Assembly (NCBI GenBank): GCA_002688435.1
Contig: NZCW01000043.1
Location: 23,730-87,729 of the forward strand
Direction of reading: 5' to 3'
Source: Dehalococcoidales bacterium
GTDB lineage: Bacteria; Chloroflexota; Dehalococcoidia; Dehalococcoidales; RBG-16-60-22
DNA: 64,000 nt
Made by a program: the position numbers and the translations under genes. This document shows, one piece after another, positions 46,404 through 56,310 of this stretch. Each line of letters begins with the position of its first letter. Positions within the stretch are counted from its first letter, which is position 1. Below the pieces are notes generated by a model. It had not been told where the DNA came from. It did no database searches and worked only from the letters and a program-made list of their open reading frames with translations.

Positions 46404-46771
46404 TCCGGCCGGTAAATTATCCTAGTCTGGGGAGACTCCCATACTTCAATGGCGGAGATGGCCACTGGGGCTTCGGCTAGCTTTGACCTGAGTTCACCAT
46501 GGATAGCGGCGGCAATGTTCTCCGAAGAGGGGTTTATTTTGTCAAACGGCGGCACATCATTAAGGCAGGTATGGTCGAACCGGTCTAAAATATCATTTAA
46601 GTGCCGTTTGAGCTCATTGAAATCATAAGCTAGGCCAATGTCATCGAGTTTGGTAGCACTTACCCTGGCTACCGCCCGGAAACGATGCCCGTGCAGTGCC
46701 TCGCACTTACCACGATAACCACGCAGGAAGTGGGCGGCATCAAAATGTTTCTCTACCGATATCTGGTACAT
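46400..46771 (-). CDS. 6-carboxytetrahydropterin synthase / 6-pyruvoyl-tetrahydropterin synthase family (QueD/PTPS) protein
   Basis: 123 aa. It has FDAAHFL, CEALHGHRF (CxxxHGH) and DHTCLND. It is the last gene of the folP-folK unit. Confidence 0.8.
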   Translation of the reverse strand: MYQISVEKHFDAAHFLRGYRGKCEALHGHRFRAVARVSATKLDDIGLAYDFNELKRHLNDILDRFDHTCLNDVPPFDKINPSSENIAAAIHGELRSKLAEAPVAISAIEVWESPQTRIIYRPD

Positions 46772-46776
46772 ATTAA

Positions 46777-47262
46777 TTATTCTAGCTTGAGGACACCCTG
46801 TTTTTCTTTTATCGCGCCGGAGAGCTCTTTCATTGTCCGGCCGCTTACCGGGTGGACTAGGTCAGGCGCAACCTCTGCCAGGGGCACCAGCACAAAGGCT
46901 CTCTCGGCTATTTTGGGGTGGGGGATGATCAGCTCCGGGGTCTTAGTGACCTGCTTACCGTAGAGGAGAATATCGATGTCGATAGGGCGGGGGGTGCCGG
47001 ACTTGCCGACCCGGCCCAGTTTTTTCTCAATGCCTTTCACCAGCGCCAGCAGTCCCGCTGATTCCAGTCTGGTATGGGCTTGGCACACTAGGTTAAGAAA
47101 GCGAGGCTGGTCTGTATCGCCCAGCGCTTCCGTGTCATAAATGGAGGAAATTTTACTCACCCGTAACCTTTGGGAAAGCAGGTCTAGCGCGCTGTCCAAG
47201 TTGTCTAGGCGGTCTCCCATATTGGAACCAAGGCCGAGATATACTGTTATTGCTTCAGTCAT
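46777..47262 (-). CDS. folK: 2-amino-4-hydroxy-6-hydroxymethyldihydropteridine diphosphokinase
   Basis: 161 aa. It has YLGLGSNMGD, RPIDIDILLY and PHPKIAERAFVL. Confidence 0.9.
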   Translation of the reverse strand: MTEAITVYLGLGSNMGDRLDNLDSALDLLSQRLRVSKISSIYDTEALGDTDQPRFLNLVCQAHTRLESAGLLALVKGIEKKLGRVGKSGTPRPIDIDILLYGKQVTKTPELIIPHPKIAERAFVLVPLAEVAPDLVHPVSGRTMKELSGAIKEKQGVLKLE

Positions 47263-48115
47263 TGGTTAACCTCCTTCGTATAATGGCGTCGCTCATCTGG
47301 CAGACACGCACCATCTGTTTCACATCGTGGACACGTACCATGTCCGCGCCGTTGGTAATGCCGATAGCTACGGTGGCAGCGGTTCCCTCTAGGCGCTGGT
47401 CAGCGGGCAGGTCAAGTACTAGGCCGATTACCGATTTGCGGGAAGTCCCCAGTAAAATGGGCCGGTTTAGGGACTTAAGCTCCGTCAGGCGACTAATTAT
47501 TTCCAGGTTTTGCTTCAGGCTCTTACCGAAGCCAACGCCGGGGTCAACGATGATATCGGCTTCGGGTACTCCGGCCCTCAGGGCAACACTGATGCCCCGT
47601 TCTAGGTCAGAGATGACCGCTGGCATTATATCTTCGCTGGGGGTATCCCGTTGGTTGCTCATTAGGATGATGGGTACGCCGGCTTCGGCGGCCAGTTCGG
47701 CCAGTACCGGATCCTTCTTCAAACCCCAGATATCGTTAATCATTGACGCCCCAGCCTTTAATGCGTGATGGGCCACTCCCGATTTATAGGTGTCGATACT
47801 GATGGGTACCGGTAATTCGGCGGCAAGCCTCTCTATTGCCGGTATGACTAGCTGTAGTTCGTCATCAATATCGTTTATCGATTCCGGTGCTGTGCCTGGG
47901 CGGGCGGACTCGCCGCCGACGTCGATAATATCCACTCCCCCGGCAACCATACGTTTAGCCTGGGTTACGGTGGCTTCAATATCGCTACCCAGCCCGTCCC
48001 CGGAGAAAGAATCAGGGCTGAGGTTGCAGATACCCATAACATAGGTCCGTTCCCCCCACTGGAACTCGGTGTTGCCGCAACGGGTGGTCGCTAACGGCGA
48101 TTTAGCTGACTTCAA
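47255..48115 (-). CDS. folP: Dihydropteroate synthase
   Basis: 286 aa. It has MGICNLSPDSFSGDG, IDVGGES and SRKS motifs. It overlaps the folK start by 8 nt. Confidence 0.9.
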   Translation of the reverse strand: MKSAKSPLATTRCGNTEFQWGERTYVMGICNLSPDSFSGDGLGSDIEATVTQAKRMVAGGVDIIDVGGESARPGTAPESINDIDDELQLVIPAIERLAAELPVPISIDTYKSGVAHHALKAGASMINDIWGLKKDPVLAELAAEAGVPIILMSNQRDTPSEDIMPAVISDLERGISVALRAGVPEADIIVDPGVGFGKSLKQNLEIISRLTELKSLNRPILLGTSRKSVIGLVLDLPADQRLEGTAATVAIGITNGADMVRVHDVKQMVRVCQMSDAIIRRRLTND

Positions 48116-48356
48116 TTTTTCTCCAGTAAAAGTCTGCCGAGGTCAGGTTCTGCCCATTATTCTAGCATTTTCTGATAATTTATAAAACATCGCTTTTCTT
48201 TGGTGACCTCACCCCATAAAACTCAGAAGAGAGATGGAGATCACCTGATCATCTTAAAGAGATAAAGTCAGTAGGTCTGCCTGACTTGCCTCTAAATTAA
48301 ATAGTGTGATAAGATTACTTGTCTTTTTCGTTCAGTCACGACAGAGGCGGATGGTA

Positions 48357-49904
48357 ATGAAAAAGGATAAACTGGACAAACTGGTCAGGTTAGGAAAGCA
48401 GGCGAAAGCGGGTGGTGGGGAAAAACGGGTCAAGCAGCAGCACGACTCGGGTAAGCTCACGGCACGGGAGAGGATTGACCTCCTCTTTGACTCCGGCACT
48501 TTCCAGGAAACGGACTTATTTGTCCAGCACCACTGTACTTATTTCGACATGGATCAGATCTCTATCCCGGCCGACGGTGTGGTTACCGGCTATGGCAAAG
48601 TGAACGGACGTAGTGTATGTGTCTTCTCACAGGACTTTACCGCTCGTGGCGGTTCACTGGGTGAAATGCACGCTCGGAAGATATGCCGAGTCATGGACAT
48701 GGCTATGACCATGAAAACGCCCATGGTCGGCTTAATTGACAGCGGCGGAGCGCGTATCCAAGAAGGCATTAACGCTCTTAATGGCTACGGCAATATCTTT
48801 TTCCGTAATTCCTGTGCTTCGGGGGTAATCCCTCAGATATCTGCTATTATGGGTCCGGCGGCTGGCGGGGCGGTCTATTCTCCGGCCATGACCGACTTCG
48901 TTTTCATGGTGAAGGGTACCAGCTACATGTACATCACCGGCCCCGGCGTGGTCAGGGCGGCCACCAGTGAGGAGATAACCGATGATGAGCTAGGTGGGGC
49001 AATGACCCATAATATCAAGAGCGGCGTGGCTCAGTTTGCCAGGGACAATGATGCAGAGACTATTGCCGGAATCAGGGAACTGCTGAGTTATCTGCCGCAG
49101 AGTAATGAGGAAAAACCGCTGGATGTCAAGTCCACTGATTCTCCGGATCGGGCTGATCCGGCGCTGGATGATATTATGCCGGACGAGGCGAATAAGACCT
49201 ACGATATGAAGGGCGTTATCTCGGCTATCGTGGATGACGGCCAGTTTTTGGAGTCGTCCCATCGGTACGCCCCGAATATAATCACCTGCTTTGCTCGCTT
49301 GAATGGGCATGCCGTGGGTATTATCGCCAGCCAGCCGACTCACCTGGCTGGTTGCCTGGATATTAATGCCTCAGATAAGGCCACTCGGTTTATTCGTTTC
49401 TGCGATGCTTTTAATATTCCACTACTGACCATTACCGATGTCCCCGGCTATCTCCCCGGCAGCAACCAGGAATGGGGGGGTATCATACGGCATGGTGCCA
49501 AGCTCCTCTGGTGCTATGCTGAGGCCACTGTCCCTAAGATAACCCTGATTACCCGTAAGGCCTATGGTGGGGCTTATATCGCCATGTGCAGCCAGAGCCT
49601 GGGAGCGGACTATACCCTTGCCTGGCCGACGGCGGAAATCGCGGTCATGGGGGCGGAGGGCGCCGCCGCCATCATTCACCGCCAGGAAATCCAGAGCGCA
49701 CCCGATCCCGTGGCTAAGGAGAAAGAGAAGATTGAGGAGTACCGTGAGCTGTTTTATAACCCTTATGTTGCTGCTAGCCAGGGATATATTAATGACGTTA
49801 TTCCACCCCGGGATACCCGTCCGAAAATAATTGCCGCGCTTGAGGCATTACAGCGTAAGAAAGAGGTCCGCCCGCCAAGGAAGCACGGCAATATCCCGAT
49901 GTAG
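48357..49904 (+). CDS. Acyl-CoA carboxylase carboxyltransferase (beta) subunit (propionyl-CoA carboxylase beta / methylmalonyl-CoA carboxyltransferase 12S type)
   Basis: It has KLTARERIDLLFD, the GGARIQEG motif and a duplicated crotonase-like fold. The start is probably the ATG at 48357 (or 48351), not the track's 48306. Confidence 0.88.
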   Translation: MKKDKLDKLVRLGKQAKAGGGEKRVKQQHDSGKLTARERIDLLFDSGTFQETDLFVQHHCTYFDMDQISIPADGVVTGYGKVNGRSVCVFSQDFTARGGSLGEMHARKICRVMDMAMTMKTPMVGLIDSGGARIQEGINALNGYGNIFFRNSCASGVIPQISAIMGPAAGGAVYSPAMTDFVFMVKGTSYMYITGPGVVRAATSEEITDDELGGAMTHNIKSGVAQFARDNDAETIAGIRELLSYLPQSNEEKPLDVKSTDSPDRADPALDDIMPDEANKTYDMKGVISAIVDDGQFLESSHRYAPNIITCFARLNGHAVGIIASQPTHLAGCLDINASDKATRFIRFCDAFNIPLLTITDVPGYLPGSNQEWGGIIRHGAKLLWCYAEATVPKITLITRKAYGGAYIAMCSQSLGADYTLAWPTAEIAVMGAEGAAAIIHRQEIQSAPDPVAKEKEKIEEYRELFYNPYVAASQGYINDVIPPRDTRPKIIAALEALQRKKEVRPPRKHGNIPM

Positions 49905-50183
49905 GTGGTCAAAGAGGAAGTAGTTTTAACCTCACGCCCTTTGTCGCCCTCCTTTAAAAAGGGAAGGATTGGTTTTGCAGAGTTTTCACTCCTTCAATCT
50001 ACCCTCTTTAGCTGAAAAGGAAGAGATTTTAGAGAAAGATGAATCCCTTCTCTAACCTGCATTCCCCTTTCCCTTATCAAGGGAAGAAGGTCAAGGGGAT
50101 AGGTTACCATAGGCGGTAAAGAGAAAAAGGGGATTTCCCCAAAAGCTACAGAGTTTTAATGTTATACTGAAGAGCTGAAATTC

Positions 50184-51437
50184 ATGGGTAAAACGCTGGC
50201 TGAGAAGATATTAAGTGAGAAGTCGGGTAATGACGCCCGGGCGGGAGACTTGGTGATTGCGGAGGTGGATCTGGCTTTTGTCCAAGATACTACCGGGCCG
50301 CTGGCCGTCCGGCAATTTCAGTCCGGCGGGTTCAAGAGATTGGCCAACCCGCTAAAAACGGTGTTATTTATTGACCACGCCGTTCCCAGTCCGAATGATA
50401 GCTTGTCCAATGACCATCTGCTCCTCCGGAGCTTCGCTCGGGAGACCGGCGCCGTGATGTCCGATGTCGGCGAGGGTGTATGTCACCAGCTGGTCGGCGA
50501 GTCCCTGGCTCGTCCGGGCGATGTCATCGTTGGTTCCGATTCACATACGGTAACCGCTGGCGGACTAGGGGCTTTTACCACCGGTATGGGCTCTTCCGAT
50601 GTGGCCGTGGCCATGGCTCTGGGTAAAACTTGGTTCCGTGTTCCAGAAGGTATTCAGGTGGTGGTTACCGGCAACTTTCAAAAAGGCGTCTATGCGAAGG
50701 ACTTCATTCTGCACCTTATCGGATTGATTGGCGCGGACGGTGCCACCTATAAAGCACTGGAATTCGGTGGTGAAGCGGTAACAGCAATGTCCATGTCATC
50801 GCGCTTGACCATCGCCAATATGGCAGTGGAGGCGGGGGCTAAAGTCGGGCTTTTTCCGGCGGATGAGATTACCCGCGATTACCTGGCCGGGCAGGGACGG
50901 GGCGAGGACTACCAGCCTAGCTCCCCTGATGCTGACGCCGTCTATGAACGGACGATTAAGATAGATGTGACCGAGCTTGAGCCGACCGTGTCCCGGCCGC
51001 ATACCGTGGACAATACGGCGCCGGTTACGGAGCTCAAAGGAATTAAAGTGCAGCAGGTGTTTATCGGTACTTGTACCAACGGGCGGCTGGAAGACTTGGC
51101 GGTCGCCGTCGATATCCTGAAAGGGAAGAAAAGCCACCCTGAGACCAGGCTGATAGTTGCCCCGGCGTCTCGGCGGGTTATGCTGGAAGCAGTTAAAAAC
51201 GGCTTTGTCCAGGTCCTAGTTGAAGCAGGGGCAGCGATCCTGCCCCCAGGTTGCGGACCTTGCCTTGGTATCCACCAAGGGGTATTGGGTGATGGGGAGA
51301 TCTGTCTCTCTACCGCTAACCGTAATTTTAAGGGTCGGATGGGTAATCCGGAAGCTCTGGTCTACTTGGGCAGTCCGGCAACGGCCGCCGCGACTGCCGT
51401 TACCGGTGAAATCACCGACCCGCGGGAGGTGATGTAG
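50184..51437 (+). CDS. Aconitase-family dehydratase large subunit (LeuC / homoaconitase type)
   Basis: 417 aa. It has GSDSHT, and CTNGR and CGPCLG cluster-ligand motifs. Confidence 0.85.
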   Translation: MGKTLAEKILSEKSGNDARAGDLVIAEVDLAFVQDTTGPLAVRQFQSGGFKRLANPLKTVLFIDHAVPSPNDSLSNDHLLLRSFARETGAVMSDVGEGVCHQLVGESLARPGDVIVGSDSHTVTAGGLGAFTTGMGSSDVAVAMALGKTWFRVPEGIQVVVTGNFQKGVYAKDFILHLIGLIGADGATYKALEFGGEAVTAMSMSSRLTIANMAVEAGAKVGLFPADEITRDYLAGQGRGEDYQPSSPDADAVYERTIKIDVTELEPTVSRPHTVDNTAPVTELKGIKVQQVFIGTCTNGRLEDLAVAVDILKGKKSHPETRLIVAPASRRVMLEAVKNGFVQVLVEAGAAILPPGCGPCLGIHQGVLGDGEICLSTANRNFKGRMGNPEALVYLGSPATAAATAVTGEITDPREVM

Positions 51438-51932
51438 GTGATCAGGGGCAGGGTTTTTAAATTCGGTGACGGTATTTCCACCGACCACATCATTCCCGGG
51501 CGCTTGGCCCATCTTAGGAGTAACCTCCCGGAGTTGGCGAAGCATGTTATGGAGGATGCCGACCCGACTTTTGTTTCCAGGGTTAAAGCCGGAGATTTTA
51601 TCGTGGCCGGCAGTAACTTCGGTCTCGGCTCCAGCCGGGAGCACGCCCCGCTGGTAATCAAGATGGCCGGAATTAGCGCTATACTGGCGAAATCCGCCGC
51701 CCGAATATTCTTTAGAAATGCGATTAACCTGGGGCTGCCGGTGCTTATCTGCGATACCGACGGTATTGCTGATGGGGACGAGCTTGAGGTTGACCTGGCG
51801 GTAGGTACGGTCAGTAATGTCACCCGAGGTAAGCAGTTGGCCTTCGGTAAAATTCCCGAGGTGATGCTCCGTATTCTTGGCGAGGGTGGGCTGATTCCTT
51901 ATATTCAGAAGCACGGTGGTTTTAAGCTGTAA
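51438..51932 (+). CDS. Aconitase-family dehydratase small subunit (LeuD type)
   Basis: 164 aa. It has a GTG start immediately after the large-subunit stop and the GSSREHA motif. Confidence 0.85.
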   Translation: MIRGRVFKFGDGISTDHIIPGRLAHLRSNLPELAKHVMEDADPTFVSRVKAGDFIVAGSNFGLGSSREHAPLVIKMAGISAILAKSAARIFFRNAINLGLPVLICDTDGIADGDELEVDLAVGTVSNVTRGKQLAFGKIPEVMLRILGEGGLIPYIQKHGGFKL

Positions 51933-51949
51933 TTCTAGGAGATGAATTG

Positions 51950-53026
51950 ATGGCTTATAGCGTTACCTTCATCCCGGGCGATGGTATCGGGCCCGAGGTT
52001 ACCGCTGCGGCTCGGCGGGTGCTGGAAGCCACCGGCGTGGCTTTCCGCTGGGATATCGCCGAGGCTGGGGCCGATGCTGTGGAGAAATACGGCACGCCCC
52101 TGCCCGAACCGGTAATCGAGTCGATCCGGAAAAATAAGATTGCCCTGAAGGGGCCGATTACCACCCCGGTGGGCTCGGGTTTCCGGAGTGTTAACGTCGC
52201 CCTGCGTAAGGTACTGGACCTCTATGCCTGTGTCCGTCCCTGCAAGACATACCCCGGTGTCTCTTCCCTCTATCGTGATGTGGACATCGTGGTGGTTCGA
52301 GAAAATACGGAAGATCTCTACGTCGGCGTCGAGTTTGAAAAAGGGGCACCGGAGACCGCCCGGCTTATCCGGTTGGCGGCTGAGGTAAAGAGAGGTACGG
52401 TTAAGGAAGATTCAGGCATTAGCCTGAAGGCGATTTCGGAAACGGGGAGCCGAAAAATCGTCAAGTTCGCTTTTGAGTATGCCCGTACCTACCAAAGAAA
52501 GAAAGTAACCGCTCTGCATAAAGCCAATATCCTTAAATTCTCGGACGGGCTGTTTCTGGCGGTGGCCCGGGAGGTCGCCCGTGGCTATCCGGATATTGAG
52601 TTTGAGGATAGAATTATCGATAACATGACCATGCAATTGGTAAAGAGACCGCAGCGGTTTGACGTGGTGGTGGCGCCCAATCTTTACGGAGATATTATCT
52701 CGGACCTGTGTGCCGGGTTGGTCGGCGGGCTAGGGGTGGCTCCCGGGGCCAATGTTGGCGGTGAATTCGCCGTTTTTGAGCCGACTCACGGTAGCGCCCC
52801 GAAATACGCCGGGCAGAATAAAGCCAACCCCATGGCGGTGATGCTATCCGGAGTGATAATGCTCCGCCATCTCGGCGAGGTGGGGGCGGCCGACCGGCTG
52901 GAAGAGGCTATCGCCGGCGTTATCATCGAAGGCAAGCACGTTACCTATGATATGAAACCGGATAATAGCCGGGGAGTCGGCACCTCACAGGTGGCCGATG
53001 CCGTGATTGAGAAGTTGGGGAGTTAG
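51950..53026 (+). CDS. Isocitrate/isopropylmalate dehydrogenase family protein (NAD-IDH-like)
   Basis: It has [20 protein letters not shown] and EPTHGSAP. The ATG at 51950 has AGGAG 8 nt upstream. Confidence 0.85.
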   Translation: MAYSVTFIPGDGIGPEVTAAARRVLEATGVAFRWDIAEAGADAVEKYGTPLPEPVIESIRKNKIALKGPITTPVGSGFRSVNVALRKVLDLYACVRPCKTYPGVSSLYRDVDIVVVRENTEDLYVGVEFEKGAPETARLIRLAAEVKRGTVKEDSGISLKAISETGSRKIVKFAFEYARTYQRKKVTALHKANILKFSDGLFLAVAREVARGYPDIEFEDRIIDNMTMQLVKRPQRFDVVVAPNLYGDIISDLCAGLVGGLGVAPGANVGGEFAVFEPTHGSAPKYAGQNKANPMAVMLSGVIMLRHLGEVGAADRLEEAIAGVIIEGKHVTYDMKPDNSRGVGTSQVADAVIEKLGS

Positions 53027-53029
53027 GTC

Positions 53030-53983
53030 ATGCGTAGTAAGATTAGCATTATCGGCGCAGGAAGCGTCGGCGCTACCTGCGCGCAGCGAATTGCCGAAAA
53101 AGGCTATGCTGACGTCGTTTTGGTTGATATCATACCGGGACTACCCCAAGGTAAAGCCTTGGATATGATGGAGTCGGCGCCGGTTTTAGGCTTTGACTCC
53201 CACATTGTCGGTACCAATGGCTATGAAGAAACGGTCGGCTCTGATGTGGTTATCGTCACCTCGGGCCTGGCCCGCAAGCCAGGTATGACTCGTGATGAGC
53301 TGCTGCTGGCTAATGCCAAAATCATCACCGAGGTTACCCGTAACGCGGTGAAATATTCACCGGATGGTATCATCTTGGTAGTGACCAACCCGGTGGATAC
53401 TATGACCTATCTTGTCCTTAATGCCAGTAGCTTTCCTCCGAGCCGAGTTTTTGGCCTGTCTGGAGTTCTGGATAGCGCTCGGCTGAGCAGTTTTATCGCT
53501 GCGGAACTTGGTGTCTCGGTGGCCGATGTCTTTACCTGCGTCATCGGGGAGCACGGTAAGAATATGATGATTATCCCCAGGCTATGTACTGTCGGCAGCA
53601 TACCGATAACTAGACTCCTGCAACCAGAGGCTATTGACCGCTTGGTGGCGCGTACGGTAAACGGCGGGGCGGAGATTGTGGACCTGCTGAAGACGGGGAG
53701 CGCTTTTTACGCCCCCTCCGCCGCCGTGGCTCAGATGGCGGAGGCGGTTGTCCTAGACAAAAAGCAAGTTCTGCCTTGTGCCGTCTATCTCCAGAGGGAA
53801 TATGGCATTAAGGATACGGTCATCAGCGTGCCGGTGAAGCTGGGTAAAGCAGGGGTTGAGGAGATAATCGAGCTGGAGCTTACCGCCGGGGAGAAAAAAC
53901 AGTTGACCGGTTCGGCCGAAGCGGTGCGGGAGCTGATTAAGACGGTGAAACCGGATTCAAAAGGTGACGGGGTCACCAGATAA
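53030..53983 (+). CDS. mdh: Malate dehydrogenase (LDH-like MDH)
   Basis: 317 aa. It has IIGAGSVGAT, TSGLARKPGMTRDEL and GEHG. Confidence 0.88.
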   Translation: MRSKISIIGAGSVGATCAQRIAEKGYADVVLVDIIPGLPQGKALDMMESAPVLGFDSHIVGTNGYEETVGSDVVIVTSGLARKPGMTRDELLLANAKIITEVTRNAVKYSPDGIILVVTNPVDTMTYLVLNASSFPPSRVFGLSGVLDSARLSSFIAAELGVSVADVFTCVIGEHGKNMMIIPRLCTVGSIPITRLLQPEAIDRLVARTVNGGAEIVDLLKTGSAFYAPSAAVAQMAEAVVLDKKQVLPCAVYLQREYGIKDTVISVPVKLGKAGVEEIIELELTAGEKKQLTGSAEAVRELIKTVKPDSKGDGVTR

Positions 53984-54004
53984 AAAACCAAGGAGGCGAA
54001 GTAG

Positions 54005-54862
54005 ATAACCTCGCAACTGAGAGAAATTAAGGCCGCTGAGATTACGGAAGCCGTTGCCCGGCTCTGCCAGCAGGTGAACTTTGAGCTTGGTGATGACGTG
54101 TTGGCTGCGCTTAAAGAGGCGCAGCGGAATGAGGCTTCGTCCCTGGGCCGGGAAATCCTGGGACAGCTTATTGAGAATGCCGGCATTGCTCAACAGGAAA
54201 GCCTGCCGCTCTGCCAGGACTGTGGCGTGGCGGTGGTCTTTCTGGAAGTAGGGCAAGACGTTCACGTAACCGGCGGTGACTTATCTGCCGCCGTAATAGA
54301 AGGAGTGAGGTGGGGTTACACTCAGGGCTATCTGCGTAAATCCATGGTTAATCAGCCGTTTTCCGCCCGGAAAAACACCGGGGATAATACTCCTCCGGTG
54401 ATTCATACCGAGATAGTGCCGGGAAACCGGCTCAAAATTTCATATATGGCTAAAGGTGCCGGTTCGGAGAACATGAGTCGGCTGGCGATGTTGAAGCCGG
54501 CAGAGGGTCGGGAAGGCCTTATTGAGTTTGTGGTAAGAACTGTTGATGAGGCGGGCGCCAACGCCTGTCCTCCCCTAGTTATCGGCCTGGGTATAGGCGC
54601 TACCGCCGAAGGGGCTATGCGGCTGGCCAAGAAGGCGTTGCTGCGCCGGATCGGTGAGCCTAATCCTGACCTGGAGACGGTCGAACTGGAGTCAGAGCTC
54701 CTCTCCCGCATCAACGGTCTGGGTATCGGGCCGCTGGGCCTGGGGGGGAGTATCACCGCGCTGGCGGTTCAGGCTGAGGTCAGGCCGACGCATATCGCCA
54801 GCCTACCGGTGGCGGTAAACATCCAGTGCCACAGTGCGCGACATGGTGAGGTGGTGTTATAG
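54005..54862 (+). CDS. Class I (Fe-S) fumarate/tartrate hydratase, alpha subunit
   Basis: It has CQDCG and conserved N-terminal sequence (REIKAAEITEAVARLCQQ) upstream of the first GTG (54074). An in-frame TAG at 54002-54004 limits the ORF. An ATA at 54005 lies 8 nt after AAGGAGG (53990-53996), and a CTG lies at 54017. The start is uncertain (54005, 54017 or 54074). Confidence 0.8.
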   Translation: MTSQLREIKAAEITEAVARLCQQVNFELGDDVLAALKEAQRNEASSLGREILGQLIENAGIAQQESLPLCQDCGVAVVFLEVGQDVHVTGGDLSAAVIEGVRWGYTQGYLRKSMVNQPFSARKNTGDNTPPVIHTEIVPGNRLKISYMAKGAGSENMSRLAMLKPAEGREGLIEFVVRTVDEAGANACPPLVIGLGIGATAEGAMRLAKKALLRRIGEPNPDLETVELESELLSRINGLGIGPLGLGGSITALAVQAEVRPTHIASLPVAVNIQCHSARHGEVVL

Positions 54863-55423
54863 ATGGAAACGCAAAGAATTAACTCACCATTTGAGACTGA
54901 GGTAATCGAAAAGCTGACCGTGGGTACCCCAGTGCTCATTTCCGGGATCATCTATACAGCGCGTGATGCCGCTCATCGGAGAATTGTCTGGAGCCTGGAC
55001 AAAGGAGAAAAACTCTCCTTTGACCTAGAGGGACAGACAATCTATTACACTGGACCGTCTCCTACGCCGCCGGGTCGGATTATCGGTTCCGTCGGGCCGA
55101 CTACCAGCATCCGTATGGACGCCTATATCCCCCGGTTCCTAGCCGTCGGTATCAGGGCTATGATTGGCAAAGGCAGCCGCTCGCCGGTGGTAAGAGAGGC
55201 TATTAAAAAGTATAAGGCGGTTTATTTTGTCTCTCTTGGCGGCGCTGGTGCCCTGCTGGCCCGGACCATTAAGAAGGTAGAGGTTATCGCCTACGAGGAC
55301 TTAGGGACGGAGGCTGTCCGGCGACTTGCCGTGGAGGACTTCCCGGCGATTGTGGCCAATGATATTTATGGCGGGGACATATTTGAGCAAAATATAGCCC
55401 GGTACCGAAGGGAGGTAAGATAG
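54863..55423 (+). CDS. Class I fumarate/tartrate hydratase, beta subunit
   Basis: 186 aa. It has TARDAAH, GPTTS.RMD and IGKG motifs. Confidence 0.85.
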   Translation: METQRINSPFETEVIEKLTVGTPVLISGIIYTARDAAHRRIVWSLDKGEKLSFDLEGQTIYYTGPSPTPPGRIIGSVGPTTSIRMDAYIPRFLAVGIRAMIGKGSRSPVVREAIKKYKAVYFVSLGGAGALLARTIKKVEVIAYEDLGTEAVRRLAVEDFPAIVANDIYGGDIFEQNIARYRREVR

Positions 55424-55764
55424 TGGACTGCGTGTTCTGTCAAATAGTGGCGGGTAAAATACCCAGTACCACACTGTATCAGGACGAAGAAGTGCTCGCC
55501 TTCTGGGATATTAATCCCATGGCGCCGACCCACATACTAATCATACCGAAGAAACATATTCCTTCTCTCGCTAATATTACCGATGACGAGTCGCCGCTTA
55601 TCGGGCGTATGGCTAAGGTAGCCAATCGGCTGGCCAAGGAGGCAGGCGTTTCGGAGAGTGGTTATCGCTTAGTGGTTAGCTCCGGTGAGGATGGGGGGCA
55701 GGTAGTGCCGCACCTCCACATGCACCTCTTGGGCGGGCGTAAGCTGTCTGCTAGGCCGTGCTAG
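55423..55764 (+). CDS. HIT-family (histidine triad) nucleotide hydrolase
   Basis: 113 aa. It has CVFCQI and HLHMHLLGG. Confidence 0.9.
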   Translation: MDCVFCQIVAGKIPSTTLYQDEEVLAFWDINPMAPTHILIIPKKHIPSLANITDDESPLIGRMAKVANRLAKEAGVSESGYRLVVSSGEDGGQVVPHLHMHLLGGRKLSARPC

Positions 55765-56303
55765 GCGGTCTTTGGCGGTTCCTTTCGGCTCGATAAGTAG
55801 GTAAGCAGCCCGGCGATACTTTTGGCGTCGCAGATGCCGCCTAGGGTAATGGTGTTGAGAATCTGGTTGGTCGGCAGGCGGACTAATCTGATTTCGGCGG
55901 TGTCTTCGGCGTGCAGCTGGCTGGAGATAAGGTCGGTCGCTAGGTAGAGATAGAGGTATTCACTGCAGTAACCCGGTGCGGAATAGAACCCCCCCAGCTT
56001 GGACACCTTTCTCGGTAGATAGCCAGTCTCCTCGCGCATTTCACGGCGTACGGCGGTCTCGGGACGCTCACCGGGATTAATGCCGCCCGCCGGTATTTCC
56101 AGTAGTTCTTTTTCCACTGGCTTACGGAACTGCCTGACTAGCAGGACATTATCCTCGTCATCAATAGCGATAATCGCCACGCAGTCGGCGTGCTCCACGA
56201 TTTCCCGTGTCGTCTGCCGTCCGCCGGGCGTCTGCACGGTGTCAATTCTCATCTTAACCACCCGCCCGTTAAAGATTAACTGGCTGGATAGTGTTTTTTC
56301 CAT
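55761..56303 (-). CDS. NUDIX hydrolase (ADP-ribose pyrophosphatase-like)
   Basis: 180 aa. The Nudix box is GGINPGERPETAVRREMREETG. Confidence 0.85.
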   Translation of the reverse strand: MEKTLSSQLIFNGRVVKMRIDTVQTPGGRQTTREIVEHADCVAIIAIDDEDNVLLVRQFRKPVEKELLEIPAGGINPGERPETAVRREMREETGYLPRKVSKLGGFYSAPGYCSEYLYLYLATDLISSQLHAEDTAEIRLVRLPTNQILNTITLGGICDAKSIAGLLTYLSSRKEPPKTA

Positions 56304-56310
56304 TGGGCTC

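Noticed and set aside
49905-50183. T-box or leader-peptide attenuator upstream of the leuC-like gene
   Set aside because: GGTTACCATAGGCGG superficially resembles the T-box GGUGGUACCGCG, but the match is poor. No specifier-loop or AGAGA elements were found. The only short ORF (MNPFSNLHSPF…) has no Leu codon run. The same sequence pieces recur at 43.9 kb, which favours a repeat element.
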